Assembly (NCBI GenBank): GCA_019058245.1
Contig: JAHPZJ010000008.1
Location: 80,619 to 144,618, forward strand
Length of the DNA: 64,000 nt
Source of the DNA: Promethearchaeota archaeon
GTDB taxonomy: Archaea; Asgardarchaeota; Lokiarchaeia; Sigyniarchaeales; SOKP01
Direction: 5' to 3'
The notes beneath the pieces are model-generated. The model was not told the DNA's origin. It saw only the letters and a list, made by a program, of their open reading frames with translations, and did not search any database. Position 1 is the stretch's first letter, and every line of letters starts with the position of its first letter. The position numbers and the translations under genes were made by a program. Below, piece by piece: positions 51,231 through 60,927 of this stretch.

Positions 51231-52211
51231 ATGATAATAAAACCTTCAGATGAATATTTGGAATTATTAAACAAAGCGGTTGCTAGAGAACTTGAAGTAT
51301 CTGCCCAATATATTTTACAGCATACAAAAATGGAAAAGCTTTTAAGAAAAGTTATCAGAGAAAATTATTTGTTAGATGAAACGACATATGATATAATAGG
51401 AAAATTGCTAAAAGAATTAGCAATAGAAGAAATGAAACATTTAGCTCAAATAATGGAAAGAATTTATTTATTAGGAGGAACTGCTACAACTAAACCGGAT
51501 AAAATCGTAATAGGGAATAGTTTGAGAGAATTTATCGAGCTCGGTTTAAAAGCAGAACAAGAAGCCCTTGAGCTATACCGATTAGTAATAAACGAAGCAA
51601 AAAAAGTAGGAGACATTAAGACTTGGCGTTTATTTACAGAGATTTATCGTCAAGAAGAAGAACATTTGATTAAATTTCAAGATTTTCAAGAAATTGAAGA
51701 GGAACCTGATTTGGGTGAAACACCTGAATCTGAATGGAGGAAAATTTTTAATCCAGAATATATTACCTTATTAAATAAAGCACTTGCCTCAGAGATTTCT
51801 GCAATTATCCAATATACAAACCAACATGAAAAAGCAGAAGGACTTGAAGAAATGAGAAAGTTAAAGTCTTCTTTGGAAGTAGTAAGGGAAAAAAATAAAG
51901 CTAAGATTATATCCGAACTCTTAAAGAAAGTATTCATGCAGGAAATGGAACATATGGAAAAAATCTCTGAAAGGATTTTTGAAATTGATCGAGAAGCACT
52001 TGCCCAAGTAGATCCATTACCTGAAATTGGAAATTCTGTTAATGATTTCATTGAATTAGACCGTGCTGCAGAAGATTATGCAATTAGATTATATCGAACA
52101 ATAATTGCAGAAGCTAATAAATTAGGAGATATTAAGACAAAAGTGCTATTTGAGGAAATTATCCAACAAGAAGAAGAACACTATTGGGATTTTGATGATT
52201 TTTTACCGTAA
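51231..52211 (+). CDS. Tandem ferritin-like (bacterioferritin-type) two-domain protein
   Basis: Two sets of E..QY / EMxH / AE / EEEH di-iron motifs. Confidence 0.88.
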   Translation: MIIKPSDEYLELLNKAVARELEVSAQYILQHTKMEKLLRKVIRENYLLDETTYDIIGKLLKELAIEEMKHLAQIMERIYLLGGTATTKPDKIVIGNSLREFIELGLKAEQEALELYRLVINEAKKVGDIKTWRLFTEIYRQEEEHLIKFQDFQEIEEEPDLGETPESEWRKIFNPEYITLLNKALASEISAIIQYTNQHEKAEGLEEMRKLKSSLEVVREKNKAKIISELLKKVFMQEMEHMEKISERIFEIDREALAQVDPLPEIGNSVNDFIELDRAAEDYAIRLYRTIIAEANKLGDIKTKVLFEEIIQQEEEHYWDFDDFLP

Positions 52212-52534
52212 TAATATAATATGTTTATTATTTTCTGTTTCATCAAATATCAATAAAAATTCAATCTTTTTATTTTTTTAAAATCTAAGATTATACTTAT
52301 CCCTTAAATTACAATTTAGATTAATTTTCATTATTTTTACTATTTTAACAAAATTATGATTGAAATTTTTCTTTAAAAAATAATGAGATTAAATCAAAAT
52401 AAAATTATCAGTTTTAATTATAAAATCAATCAAAATCATCTATAAATTTTATAAATTATTATCATTTCGTTTTAAAATTCCATTTAAGTTAGTATATTGA
52501 AAATAAATTTTTAAAAGAATTTGGAGGAAAATTA

Positions 52535-53212
52535 ATGTCATCACAAGTAATTGATAATTATAGACAATGGGTATTAGATAATTTCAGTGATACTCTACCA
52601 GGTAAGTGGAAAAAATTTCCTAATGAAATACAGATTCAAAATACATTAGAATCGGTAAAGAAAAGAAATATTGACGTCAATTTTGTAAAAGATAAAGAAG
52701 AAGCGTTAGAAAAGATCAAAGAACTAATTCCAGACAATTCATCTGTTATGACAGGATCTTCTACGACGTTATATCAGATTGGATTTATGAGATATTATTT
52801 ATTAGAAAAAAATCCTTGGATTTGCTTAGGTCCAGAAATTTATCAAGAGGAAGATCAAGAAAAGAGAATAAATCTTCAAAGAAGATCAGAAATCGCAGAT
52901 TATTTTATAGCTAGTGTAAATGCAATTGCAGAAAGTGGACAATTAGTTGCTACCGACGCATCAGGATCAAGAGTTTCAGCCTATCCCTATGCTGCTAAAA
53001 ATATAATTCTTGTTGCGGGAGTTCAAAAAATAACGAAAACTTTAGAAGAAGCAATGGAAAGAATTAGAGAATATGTTTATCCTTTGGAAGATAAAAGAGC
53101 AATGAAAGCTTACGGGATTCCATCAACAATTGGAAAATGGGTTATTATTGAGAAAGAAAAACAAGATCACCGTATTAAATTAATTCTAGTAAATGAAGAA
53201 TTAGGATTTTAG
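52535..53212 (+). CDS. LUD-domain (lactate utilization) protein
   Basis: GSSTTL, SVNAIAESGQLV..DASGSRV, VAGVQKI. Confidence 0.85.
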   Translation: MSSQVIDNYRQWVLDNFSDTLPGKWKKFPNEIQIQNTLESVKKRNIDVNFVKDKEEALEKIKELIPDNSSVMTGSSTTLYQIGFMRYYLLEKNPWICLGPEIYQEEDQEKRINLQRRSEIADYFIASVNAIAESGQLVATDASGSRVSAYPYAAKNIILVAGVQKITKTLEEAMERIREYVYPLEDKRAMKAYGIPSTIGKWVIIEKEKQDHRIKLILVNEELGF

Positions 53213-53625
53213 TCATAAATTTAAAACTCTATGAAGATTTTCATATTGAAACAATTAATAGAAAAGAGATGATCTTTTACTTTACTCATTATGCAAAAGC
53301 ATTCAAATATTCATATAATAAGAATTAGTTAGTATTGCTTATAAAAAAAATAAAATAGCCTTTCATAAACATCGAAAGTTATTATCAAATTATTCCATTA
53401 ATAATTTAATGTCTTTTAAGCTATTTCGTATTGTTACTTTTTATTTTTTATTTTAAAATATATAAAAATTGTTATTTAATTTATGTAGGGCAATTATAAT
53501 AGCTAATATTTTATAATCTATAGATAAATAAATTTAACTATACACTTCATAGTTAAGGCAAATTTGATTAAAATAAATTAAATCTATGAAAATATCTAAT
53601 TTTAAAAATCTCAAAAGAAATATTA

Positions 53626-54828
53626 GTGAATATGATGGAAAATTATAGTTATAAATATTTAATCATTGGAGGAGGAATGACTGCTGATGCAGCAGCTCGC
53701 AGTATACGAGAAATTGATCCCAATGGGACTATTGGGCTAATTGGTGATGACAACGATCCTCCTTATGCACGTCCTCCACTTTCTAAAGCGCTTTGGACAG
53801 GTGATGAAGCACTTGAAGATATTGATTTGGAGACCAGCGAAACTAATCTTACTATGCATCTTAGTCGGACAGTGACTAAAATTGATCGCCATAATAAAAA
53901 AGTTATAGATGAGAAAGGAATTAAATACAGTTATGAGAAGCTCTTAATTGCAACAGGTGGCACTCCTAAAAAACTCCCTAAAGTTGAAGAAGAAGGAATA
54001 ATATATTACCGTACACTCTCAGATTATAAGAATTTAAAAAAACTTGTTGATCAAAATAAAACATTCGGAGTTCTCGGTGGTGGATTCATTGGATCAGAAA
54101 TAGCCGCAGCAATTAAAATCTTTAAACCAGATGCAGAAGTTACAATGATTTTTCCAGAGACAGGGATTGGCGCTTTAATTTTTCCAAAAAAATTAAGTAA
54201 TCATTTAAATAAGTATTACCAGGAAAAAAATATTACAGTTATGGTTGAAGAACTGGTAACTAGCATTAAAAAACTAGATAAAGGATATTTGGTTGAAACT
54301 ATAAGTGACAAAAAGCTTAAGTTTGATACTGTAATTGCGGGATTAGGAATTACACCTAATATAAAAATTGCAGAAGAAGCAAATTTAGAGGTTAAAAATG
54401 GAATTCTAGTAAATCAATACCTTCAGACAAATGACCCTGATATTTTTGCTGCTGGGGATGTTGCATTATATCATAATCCCTCACTAGATACATATATTCG
54501 TGTTGAACATGAAGATAACGCTCTTATGATGGGAGAGCTAGCAGGTCAAAATATGACAGGAAAAAAAAATTCATTTGATCATCTATCCTTATTTTACTCT
54601 GACTTATTTGACTATGGTTATGAAGCAGTGGGAATTTTAAATTCTAATTTATACATGGTAGAAGATTGGATAGACCCATTAGAAGAAGGTATTGTTTATT
54701 ACTTAAAGGAGGGACGGATTCAAGGAATCCTCTTATGGAACGTGTGGGAAAAAGTTGAAGAAGCTCGAAAATTAATTACGGAATCAGGACCATTCACACC
54801 TGAGGATTTAAAAGGACGAATTAAATAA
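53626..54828 (+). CDS. FAD/NAD(P)-dependent oxidoreductase (ferredoxin reductase-like)
   Basis: IIGGG, PYARPPLSK, LIATGG, GGGFIGSE, FAAGDVA, RVEH. Confidence 0.9.
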   Translation: MNMMENYSYKYLIIGGGMTADAAARSIREIDPNGTIGLIGDDNDPPYARPPLSKALWTGDEALEDIDLETSETNLTMHLSRTVTKIDRHNKKVIDEKGIKYSYEKLLIATGGTPKKLPKVEEEGIIYYRTLSDYKNLKKLVDQNKTFGVLGGGFIGSEIAAAIKIFKPDAEVTMIFPETGIGALIFPKKLSNHLNKYYQEKNITVMVEELVTSIKKLDKGYLVETISDKKLKFDTVIAGLGITPNIKIAEEANLEVKNGILVNQYLQTNDPDIFAAGDVALYHNPSLDTYIRVEHEDNALMMGELAGQNMTGKKNSFDHLSLFYSDLFDYGYEAVGILNSNLYMVEDWIDPLEEGIVYYLKEGRIQGILLWNVWEKVEEARKLITESGPFTPEDLKGRIK

Positions 54829-55172
54829 TCATTTTATTTTTCTTCTTTTATATTATTTATTAATTGAACAAGCAAATAATTTTTTTAAAGATCGCCTTGA
54901 TTCCCCAGAACCTTTTGTAAATTTAAGGAAAATGTGACAGACCGAAAAAAGAAGTTATAAAAGAGATTTATTCTGAGATTTTAGATAATATCCGATTTTT
55001 TATCAGCAATAAAGTAAATTTTTTTGAATAGACATTGGAAAATTGTTTAAATTGTCAAAAATTAAAGCCTAATGAAAGTTCATATGTAAATCTGCTATAT
55101 TGAGTACCTTTAGATAAATTAATATTTATAGATTTATTATGAATAAACAAAAAAAAATAAACCGATGAATTA

Positions 55173-55844
55173 ATGATAGTTTCAAGAAATTATTTATTGA
55201 TGATTCTTGATGAAGAAAAAGGAAAGCGATATTCGAGAGCTTCTACTGCAAAAGATCTTGGTCTAGCAGGTGCCTTTTTAATGGACTTTTTTCTTAAAGG
55301 TAAAATTTCAATCGAAAAAAAAAGAGTAAAAGTTATTGATTCAAGTACAACTGGAGATGAAATTCTGGATGAAATTTTTGACATTATAAAGACTTCAAAA
55401 AAAGTGCGAAAGGTAATGGATTGGATCGAAAAACTGGCAAGAAAACATAAAACGTATTCACAAGCTTTTTATAAGAGATTAGAAGAACAGGGAATACTAA
55501 CAATTAAAGAGAAGAAGATTCTAGAAATCTTTTCAACACATCGTTTTTATCTGCAAAGACCTGAAGTAAAAACGATATTATTAGAACAGATTGAAAACAC
55601 AATAATGCACAATATGAGACCTGGAGCAGATTTAATATGTCTGCTAAGTTTATTGAAAGTAAGTAATTTGATTAAGATATATATTGCAAAACATTATCGA
55701 AAACTGGCTAAAAGTAAGATTGATGAATTAATTCAATCTGAAATCTTAGATGAGGGTACTCGTGAAATGATCCTCGTTATAATCAAATCAGTCCAAGATA
55801 TTATTGCTGCGAGAGTAGCTGCAGTTACTGCTGCTGCTATGTAA
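55173..55844 (+). CDS. GPP34-family protein (GOLPH3/Vps74-like)
   Basis: LLMILDEEKG, GLAGAFLMDF, TGDEILDE, RLEEQGIL...K.L.IF...RF. Confidence 0.82.
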   Translation: MIVSRNYLLMILDEEKGKRYSRASTAKDLGLAGAFLMDFFLKGKISIEKKRVKVIDSSTTGDEILDEIFDIIKTSKKVRKVMDWIEKLARKHKTYSQAFYKRLEEQGILTIKEKKILEIFSTHRFYLQRPEVKTILLEQIENTIMHNMRPGADLICLLSLLKVSNLIKIYIAKHYRKLAKSKIDELIQSEILDEGTREMILVIIKSVQDIIAARVAAVTAAAM

Positions 55845-56015
55845 TTTTTTTATTATTCTTATATGTTATTTATTGCCTGATTGACTTCGATTTGTAGAAA
55901 TTGGTGTTATTAAGATTCAGGGAGATGTAAATGAATTTAATGTAACCATTTTCTTCGTTGTTACCTGTTTTTACTTTAAGATTTTTGCGTAAAATAATCT
56001 ATAAATAATAAAGAT

Positions 56016-56105
56016 ATGGCTAATCCAAGATATTTAGAGATGGAAGGACAAATAAAACGTGAAACTGCGAAAGCTTTTAAAATTTTACAAACTGAATTTA
56101 TCTAA
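56016..56105 (+). pseudogene. 29-codon ORF, possibly a truncated N-terminal fragment
   Basis: MANPRYLEMEGQIKRETAKAFKILQTEFI*; the ETxKA motif recalls small beta-barrel proteins. Confidence 0.25.
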
Positions 56106-56161
56106 ATCATTATTTATTTTTGATAAATCAGTTAGTTGCTTTTAAAAAAGATGATAATTTT

Positions 56162-56392
56162 TTACCATATGTAGTAAATAGGTGTAGTAGATTCTAGGGA
56201 TTCATAGACACCATCTTCCTTTATGTAGTAAATAGGTGTAGTAGATTCTAGGGATTCATAGATACCCTCACCCTTTATGTAGAATTTAGGGATTATAGAT
56301 GTTCGAGATTCTTGGATACATTCACCCATTACGAAGTATTTAGGAGTTGTTGATTCTCGAGATTCGTAAATTGCCATACCGTTATAACTCAT
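56162..56392 (-). CDS. Small protein made of four 18-aa repeats (beta-flower-like)
   Basis: IYESRESTTPKYFVMGEC / IQESRTSIIPKFYIKGEG / IYESLESTTPIYYIKEDG / VYESLESTTPIYYIW. Confidence 0.75.
   Translation of the reverse strand: MSYNGMAIYESRESTTPKYFVMGECIQESRTSIIPKFYIKGEGIYESLESTTPIYYIKEDGVYESLESTTPIYYIW
56168..56262. repeat. 54-bp-period tandem repeat with a 41-bp exact duplication
   Basis: TATGTAGTAAATAGGTGTAGTAGATTCTAGGGATTCATAGA at 56168 and 56222. Confidence 0.9.
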
Positions 56393-56714
56393 AATTGGTT
56401 ATAAGGATTAGTATGTATTAAAACTTCTTTATTTGATTAAAAATAAAGGTTTATGTTCTATAAAGACGAACTGATTAGAACTTAAACTTTTTTATTCTCA
56501 TATCTATATAATCAGTAGAATAATGGTCAAAATTAAAGCAACACTTATAAAAAAATTAGAGTTAAGGATTACTTTTTCTTTTCTCTACGACATTTTTCAA
56601 ATACTTTCAAAATATAATTCTAAATTGATGCTTTCTGTAAACGCAATGCATTTAAAAACAAATTAGGATTAAAATAATTTTATTAGGATATAGAAATTCA
56701 TTTTAATAGTGTGA

Positions 56715-57560
56715 TTGCTTATGCCTAAAAAAATATATAAAGGAACTATTGAATCAACAATGGTTGGTCCATTATATGCTAGAGCTAAGTATGGAGCGCT
56801 TTATCCTGAAATTTTAAAAGATCCTCAAGCGGAGGTTATGCTTGAAAAAGTATATGACATGTATCCTGACCAGCAAGAAGAATTTTTAATGATGGAAAAA
56901 TTTATGGATGAATTTGCGAGTTTAAATTTTCTTTATCGTGCAAAAAAATTCGATGATGAGATCCGGGAATTTAAGGTGATTCACCCTTCCGCTTCAATCA
57001 TCAATTTAGGGTGTGGACTTGATACGACAAATTTACGTATTGGAGATAATGATTTGAGATGGTATCAAATAGATTTACCGGAAGGTATTGTCTTTCGTGA
57101 AAAATTGATATCACCTGTACCTAACTCAAAAAATATTGCCAAATCAATTTTTGACTATAACTGGTTCGATGATGTTGAATTCAATGCAGAGAAGGGGGTA
57201 TTAATATTTGCTGCTGGATTATTGAATTATTTTCAAGAAGATCAATTAAGAGAACTCTGCAATAAGTTAGCAAACCATTTTAGAGGGGGAACTTTTTTAT
57301 TCGATTTACCTTCAGCATTATTAAAAAGAATAATTAATAGAAAATATAAAAAATTAGGATTTGAAGGAGCAAACCACGAATTTGGATTAGGAAATCCTAA
57401 ACAAGTACTAAATTGGTCTATGAACATAAAAACACTCTCTTACACTATTTTCTTTAAGGGAATAAGACCGAATCCAAAATGGAACAAAAAATCCCGTTTT
57501 TTGATGAAAGTTTTTCGGATTTTAAAATTTTATAAACTTGTGAAGTTAGAATTTAAATGA
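56715..57560 (+). CDS. LCM/TcmP-like class I SAM O-methyltransferase
   Basis: PLYARA, INLGCGLDT, WYQIDLPE, AAGLLNYF. Confidence 0.9.
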   Translation: MLMPKKIYKGTIESTMVGPLYARAKYGALYPEILKDPQAEVMLEKVYDMYPDQQEEFLMMEKFMDEFASLNFLYRAKKFDDEIREFKVIHPSASIINLGCGLDTTNLRIGDNDLRWYQIDLPEGIVFREKLISPVPNSKNIAKSIFDYNWFDDVEFNAEKGVLIFAAGLLNYFQEDQLRELCNKLANHFRGGTFLFDLPSALLKRIINRKYKKLGFEGANHEFGLGNPKQVLNWSMNIKTLSYTIFFKGIRPNPKWNKKSRFLMKVFRILKFYKLVKLEFK

Positions 57561-57803
57561 TTTAGCAAATATTTAATTATTTAGGCATTCTTAAGCGTTA
57601 ATATTTAGAACTATTGTATCTCTTTTTAGTTCTTTCTTTATCTCTAAGATTAAATTATTACTGTTGTTAATTTTCTTTAAATTACATAATTTTAAATTGA
57701 TAGATTCGTTATGGTTCATGGTATAATAATATAAAGAATTGAAATTAACTTTCTAGAATTTCAATTTTGATGTAAAATCATCGAGATAGAGGGATATTTT
57801 ATA

Positions 57804-58427
57804 TTGGAACTTGATATAACACCTATAGATTATGAAACTCTTGTTTATAACGTAATGATAGATTTACCTTCAATATATTCAGTAGTTATAGTTGAAGATG
57901 AATATGAGATTGCATATTCTACAGATAATTGGGATATTAGTACAGATATACCAAATATTTGTTCAATTTGGGAATCCATGAAGGCTCCATTTTTAATGGT
58001 GTTTGGAGTAAAATTTACAATATTAGAATGTGAGATTGATAGTATGGTTGCTACGTCTCTCCTCGGAAAGGGGCATATTGTAGGTGTAAAAGATGAAGAA
58101 AGGAAAATCATTGCATATGTTGCGCCAGATGGAGATAAAAAAGCAGCAATTGTTGAACTGTCACGGATTTTAAGCACTCTCAGTTCTAAAGAGCCATATA
58201 TGGACAAAAATACTCAATTTAATACAGAAGATATAGTTACAAGCGAAAAAGAAGAAAATTATGGAGATCCGCTTTTAAAAAATGAAATTTTAACCTTTTT
58301 AAATTGGATTAAAAATCCCGATGGACTTCAAGGTTATATTAATTATGCTCTTCAACAAAATAATGTTCAAACAATATCTGAGTTAGCTAAAATCTATTCT
58401 GAATTAATTGACATATTCAATAGCTAA
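57804..58427 (+). CDS. Asgard profilin-fold protein with an ~80-aa C-terminal extension
   Basis: YSTDNWDISTD, GVKFTIL, VATS..GKGHIVG and IIAYVAPD match recalled Loki profilin motifs (QTENW.IS.D, GIKY.I, GKGH, ITYV.P). Confidence 0.8.
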   Translation: MELDITPIDYETLVYNVMIDLPSIYSVVIVEDEYEIAYSTDNWDISTDIPNICSIWESMKAPFLMVFGVKFTILECEIDSMVATSLLGKGHIVGVKDEERKIIAYVAPDGDKKAAIVELSRILSTLSSKEPYMDKNTQFNTEDIVTSEKEENYGDPLLKNEILTFLNWIKNPDGLQGYINYALQQNNVQTISELAKIYSELIDIFNS

Positions 58428-58581
58428 TTAAAATCTAATATTACTTAATTTCTTTAAATAACTTTTTAGATCACTTTAAATCCTCTTCCATTTCCGGTAT
58501 AGTTAAAGAAGGGGCTTGAATTTCAAACTAAGCTTATTTTGAGAATAGAGAGTTACTAGAAGAGTTTTTTTAAAAATAAAT

Positions 58582-59289
58582 TTATGCAATAACAACAAGA
58601 GCACCTAATACATGACAAAGAATCCCCCACCAAATTGTATTAGTCCATTTAGCTAAAAGCGAAAGATATATTCCAAAGAATACCGCGCCAATAACTAATC
58701 CCAAAATATTGGAATTTGAGGACAGACTTCCTGAAGCAAAGTGAAACACCGAATACCAGAATGTAGAATATATAATTCTCATGAAATTCTTATTTGGATA
58801 TAGCTCCATATATGCTCCACGCCATAATATTTCCTCAAAGATTCCATTTCCAAATGCAGTTATCACCAGAAGAATCGTAGTTACTAAATTTGTTGTCTTA
58901 TATTCTGCTACTCCCGAAAAGAACTTGCCAATAAACGTAATAAGTATGGGAATTAGAATAAAAGGAATTATTTTTAGTTTCAATCTTTGAGGAGAACTTA
59001 TCTTTTTAATCTTTTTAATACCAATTAACCATGTTGAAAACAACAATCCACATAACATCCAATATACGAATAAACCCAAATACCATCCAAATTCACGTCC
59101 GAAAATTAAACCAAATAGTTGATAAATGAGAAACATGACTAACATCAAAACTGGAGGTCCAATGACTCCAACTATTAATTTGGTTTTTTGGTTTGATTGT
59201 TCATTTACGTCCTGTGAATCAATATTTTCTTTCAAATTTTCAATTTTCAGTTCATTCATTTTAAATCCCAAGATCTTACAGATTCTCAA
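58582..59289 (-). CDS. CPBP (CAAX/Abi) intramembrane glutamic endopeptidase
   Basis: FEEILWRG, FxxxH-like YSVFH, ILCH; multi-TM. Confidence 0.9.
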   Translation of the reverse strand: MRICKILGFKMNELKIENLKENIDSQDVNEQSNQKTKLIVGVIGPPVLMLVMFLIYQLFGLIFGREFGWYLGLFVYWMLCGLLFSTWLIGIKKIKKISSPQRLKLKIIPFILIPILITFIGKFFSGVAEYKTTNLVTTILLVITAFGNGIFEEILWRGAYMELYPNKNFMRIIYSTFWYSVFHFASGSLSSNSNILGLVIGAVFFGIYLSLLAKWTNTIWWGILCHVLGALVVIA

Positions 59290-59481
59290 CTTGATATATG
59301 TCCTTGTTTACTCATAATCGAATTAATATTACAAAAAGTTAAACTAAACCTTACTATCTTTACCCATCTTGGTGGAATAAATAATGAAAAAGTGATAATT
59401 TTTTCAAAGGAGTGAAAAAAAAATAAGAAGAATTTATTAAAAATCTTCTAAAACGAAATCTTTTTACCTTTGAAATGCAAA

Positions 59482-60102
59482 TTATTGTTCATTTTTTTGT
59501 TGATCGGGACATAAACAAGGATGTGAGCGAACATTAATAGAATATGGGTTTGAAGATTCGTTTATCTTTAGGGTACTTGTTAATTCCTTCAATTTCTGCA
59601 TCACCTGATACATCCAATCTGCTAATTTTACATTTAGAGGGGAATCATAAAACGGGATATGTGGCTTTATATCGACCACTGGTGTATTATCTATGGCATC
59701 TAAGCCATCCACAAATAAAATTGCTCCTTTTCTTTTGATTAGCTTAACAGTTGTTTTACAAATGGGATTTGGTCTTACAGGAGATCGTGTGGCAAATATT
59801 CCCTTAATTGGTATTTCCTTTAATCCTGCGGGATGCACTCTTTTAATTTGGCGCGCATTATTAGGAACTTTATGAGTCCAAAACAATACAACGATATGAG
59901 AAAAATCTTCAATCCCATCTAAACACTCTACATATTCTTTATTTATTATAATCTCAGATTTTTTCAAATCAGTTCCTTGCCTTGAGGCTACATCAAAATC
60001 TAATTTTATGTCCTTATTTGAGTATTTTAGGACTTCCTTATCTGCGGTACTCTTTACGATACCAATTGGCCTTATTATATAATCAGACATAGTGTTATTC
60101 AT
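59482..60102 (-). CDS. trmO: tRNA (t6A37)-N6-methyltransferase TrmO
   Basis: IRPIG, LDGIEDFSHI, GIFATRSPVRPNPI, GLDAIDNTPVVDIKP. Confidence 0.9.
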   Translation of the reverse strand: MNNTMSDYIIRPIGIVKSTADKEVLKYSNKDIKLDFDVASRQGTDLKKSEIIINKEYVECLDGIEDFSHIVVLFWTHKVPNNARQIKRVHPAGLKEIPIKGIFATRSPVRPNPICKTTVKLIKRKGAILFVDGLDAIDNTPVVDIKPHIPFYDSPLNVKLADWMYQVMQKLKELTSTLKINESSNPYSINVRSHPCLCPDQQKNEQ

Positions 60103-60390
60103 TAAAATTTAATATTTCATACTATTTTGTAATTTAGTATTACTCTTATTATTTATAGATTATCATTTATAGAAGTATTTTTTCTTTCATTAATCACCAC
60201 ACTATTCTTTATATGATAAATTATATAATTGGATTTCGAAGAATTAGGTATAAAAATAACTTTTGATAGTATTCGTGAAAGATACATTCTATAAATTATC
60301 CGATTTTTAGTCTTTCATCGCATATAAGCCTATAACAAATAAGAGAAGAATTAATAACAAAAGTTCGTTTATAAGTAGTGATGTATTGAT

Positions 60391-60927
60391 ATGGAAGATA
60401 TAAATAAGCTTTGGATAAAAAGAATTTATGAAAAATGTAGCGGATGCAGAAGATGTGAGATTGCTTGTTCTCTATATCATGAAGGGAAAATTTGGCCGGA
60501 AGCTTCAAGAATTAGAGTTTTCATGTTTGTTCCCGGAGTAGAAATACCTCATCTCTGCTTTCAATGTAATGATTACCCTTGTGTTGAGGCATGTCCCGAA
60601 GAAGCTCTATCCGTAGACGATCATACAGGAGCTGTAATCACTGACAAATCGAAATGTACCGCATGTGGAACATGTATTAATGCCTGTCCTGGAAGAGTAC
60701 CCCATCTCCATCCTCAAGACGATTACATAGTGATTTGCGATTTATGTGGGGGAAAACCGAAATGTGTAGTTAGTTGTCAGGAAGGTAAGTGGGATACTTT
60801 GATTCTCTTAGAGGGTCAAGATATAGAAACCGAAAAAGTATCAGCAGAAACCCCTAAACAACTCGCACATGAAACTGCAAGAAAAATATTAGGGGAAAAA
60901 GCGACTGAAGAGGTGTATGAATGGTGA
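60391..60927 (+). CDS. 4Fe-4S dicluster subunit of the AOR complex
   Basis: CSGCRRCEIAC, CFQC..PCVEACP, CTACGTCINACP, CDLC..C..C; overlaps the AOR start. Confidence 0.92.
   Translation: MEDINKLWIKRIYEKCSGCRRCEIACSLYHEGKIWPEASRIRVFMFVPGVEIPHLCFQCNDYPCVEACPEEALSVDDHTGAVITDKSKCTACGTCINACPGRVPHLHPQDDYIVICDLCGGKPKCVVSCQEGKWDTLILLEGQDIETEKVSAETPKQLAHETARKILGEKATEEVYEW

Noticed and set aside
54890-55103. Coding-like intergenic stretch (PKKEVIKEIYSEILDNIRFFISNK...)
   Set aside because: Interrupted by stops and no family recognised; possibly another remnant
56168-56340. Direct repeats resembling a mini CRISPR array
   Set aside because: The period is 54 bp (a multiple of 3), the spacer is only 13 nt, the repeats lie inside an ORF and there are no cas genes. 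It is a coding repeat.
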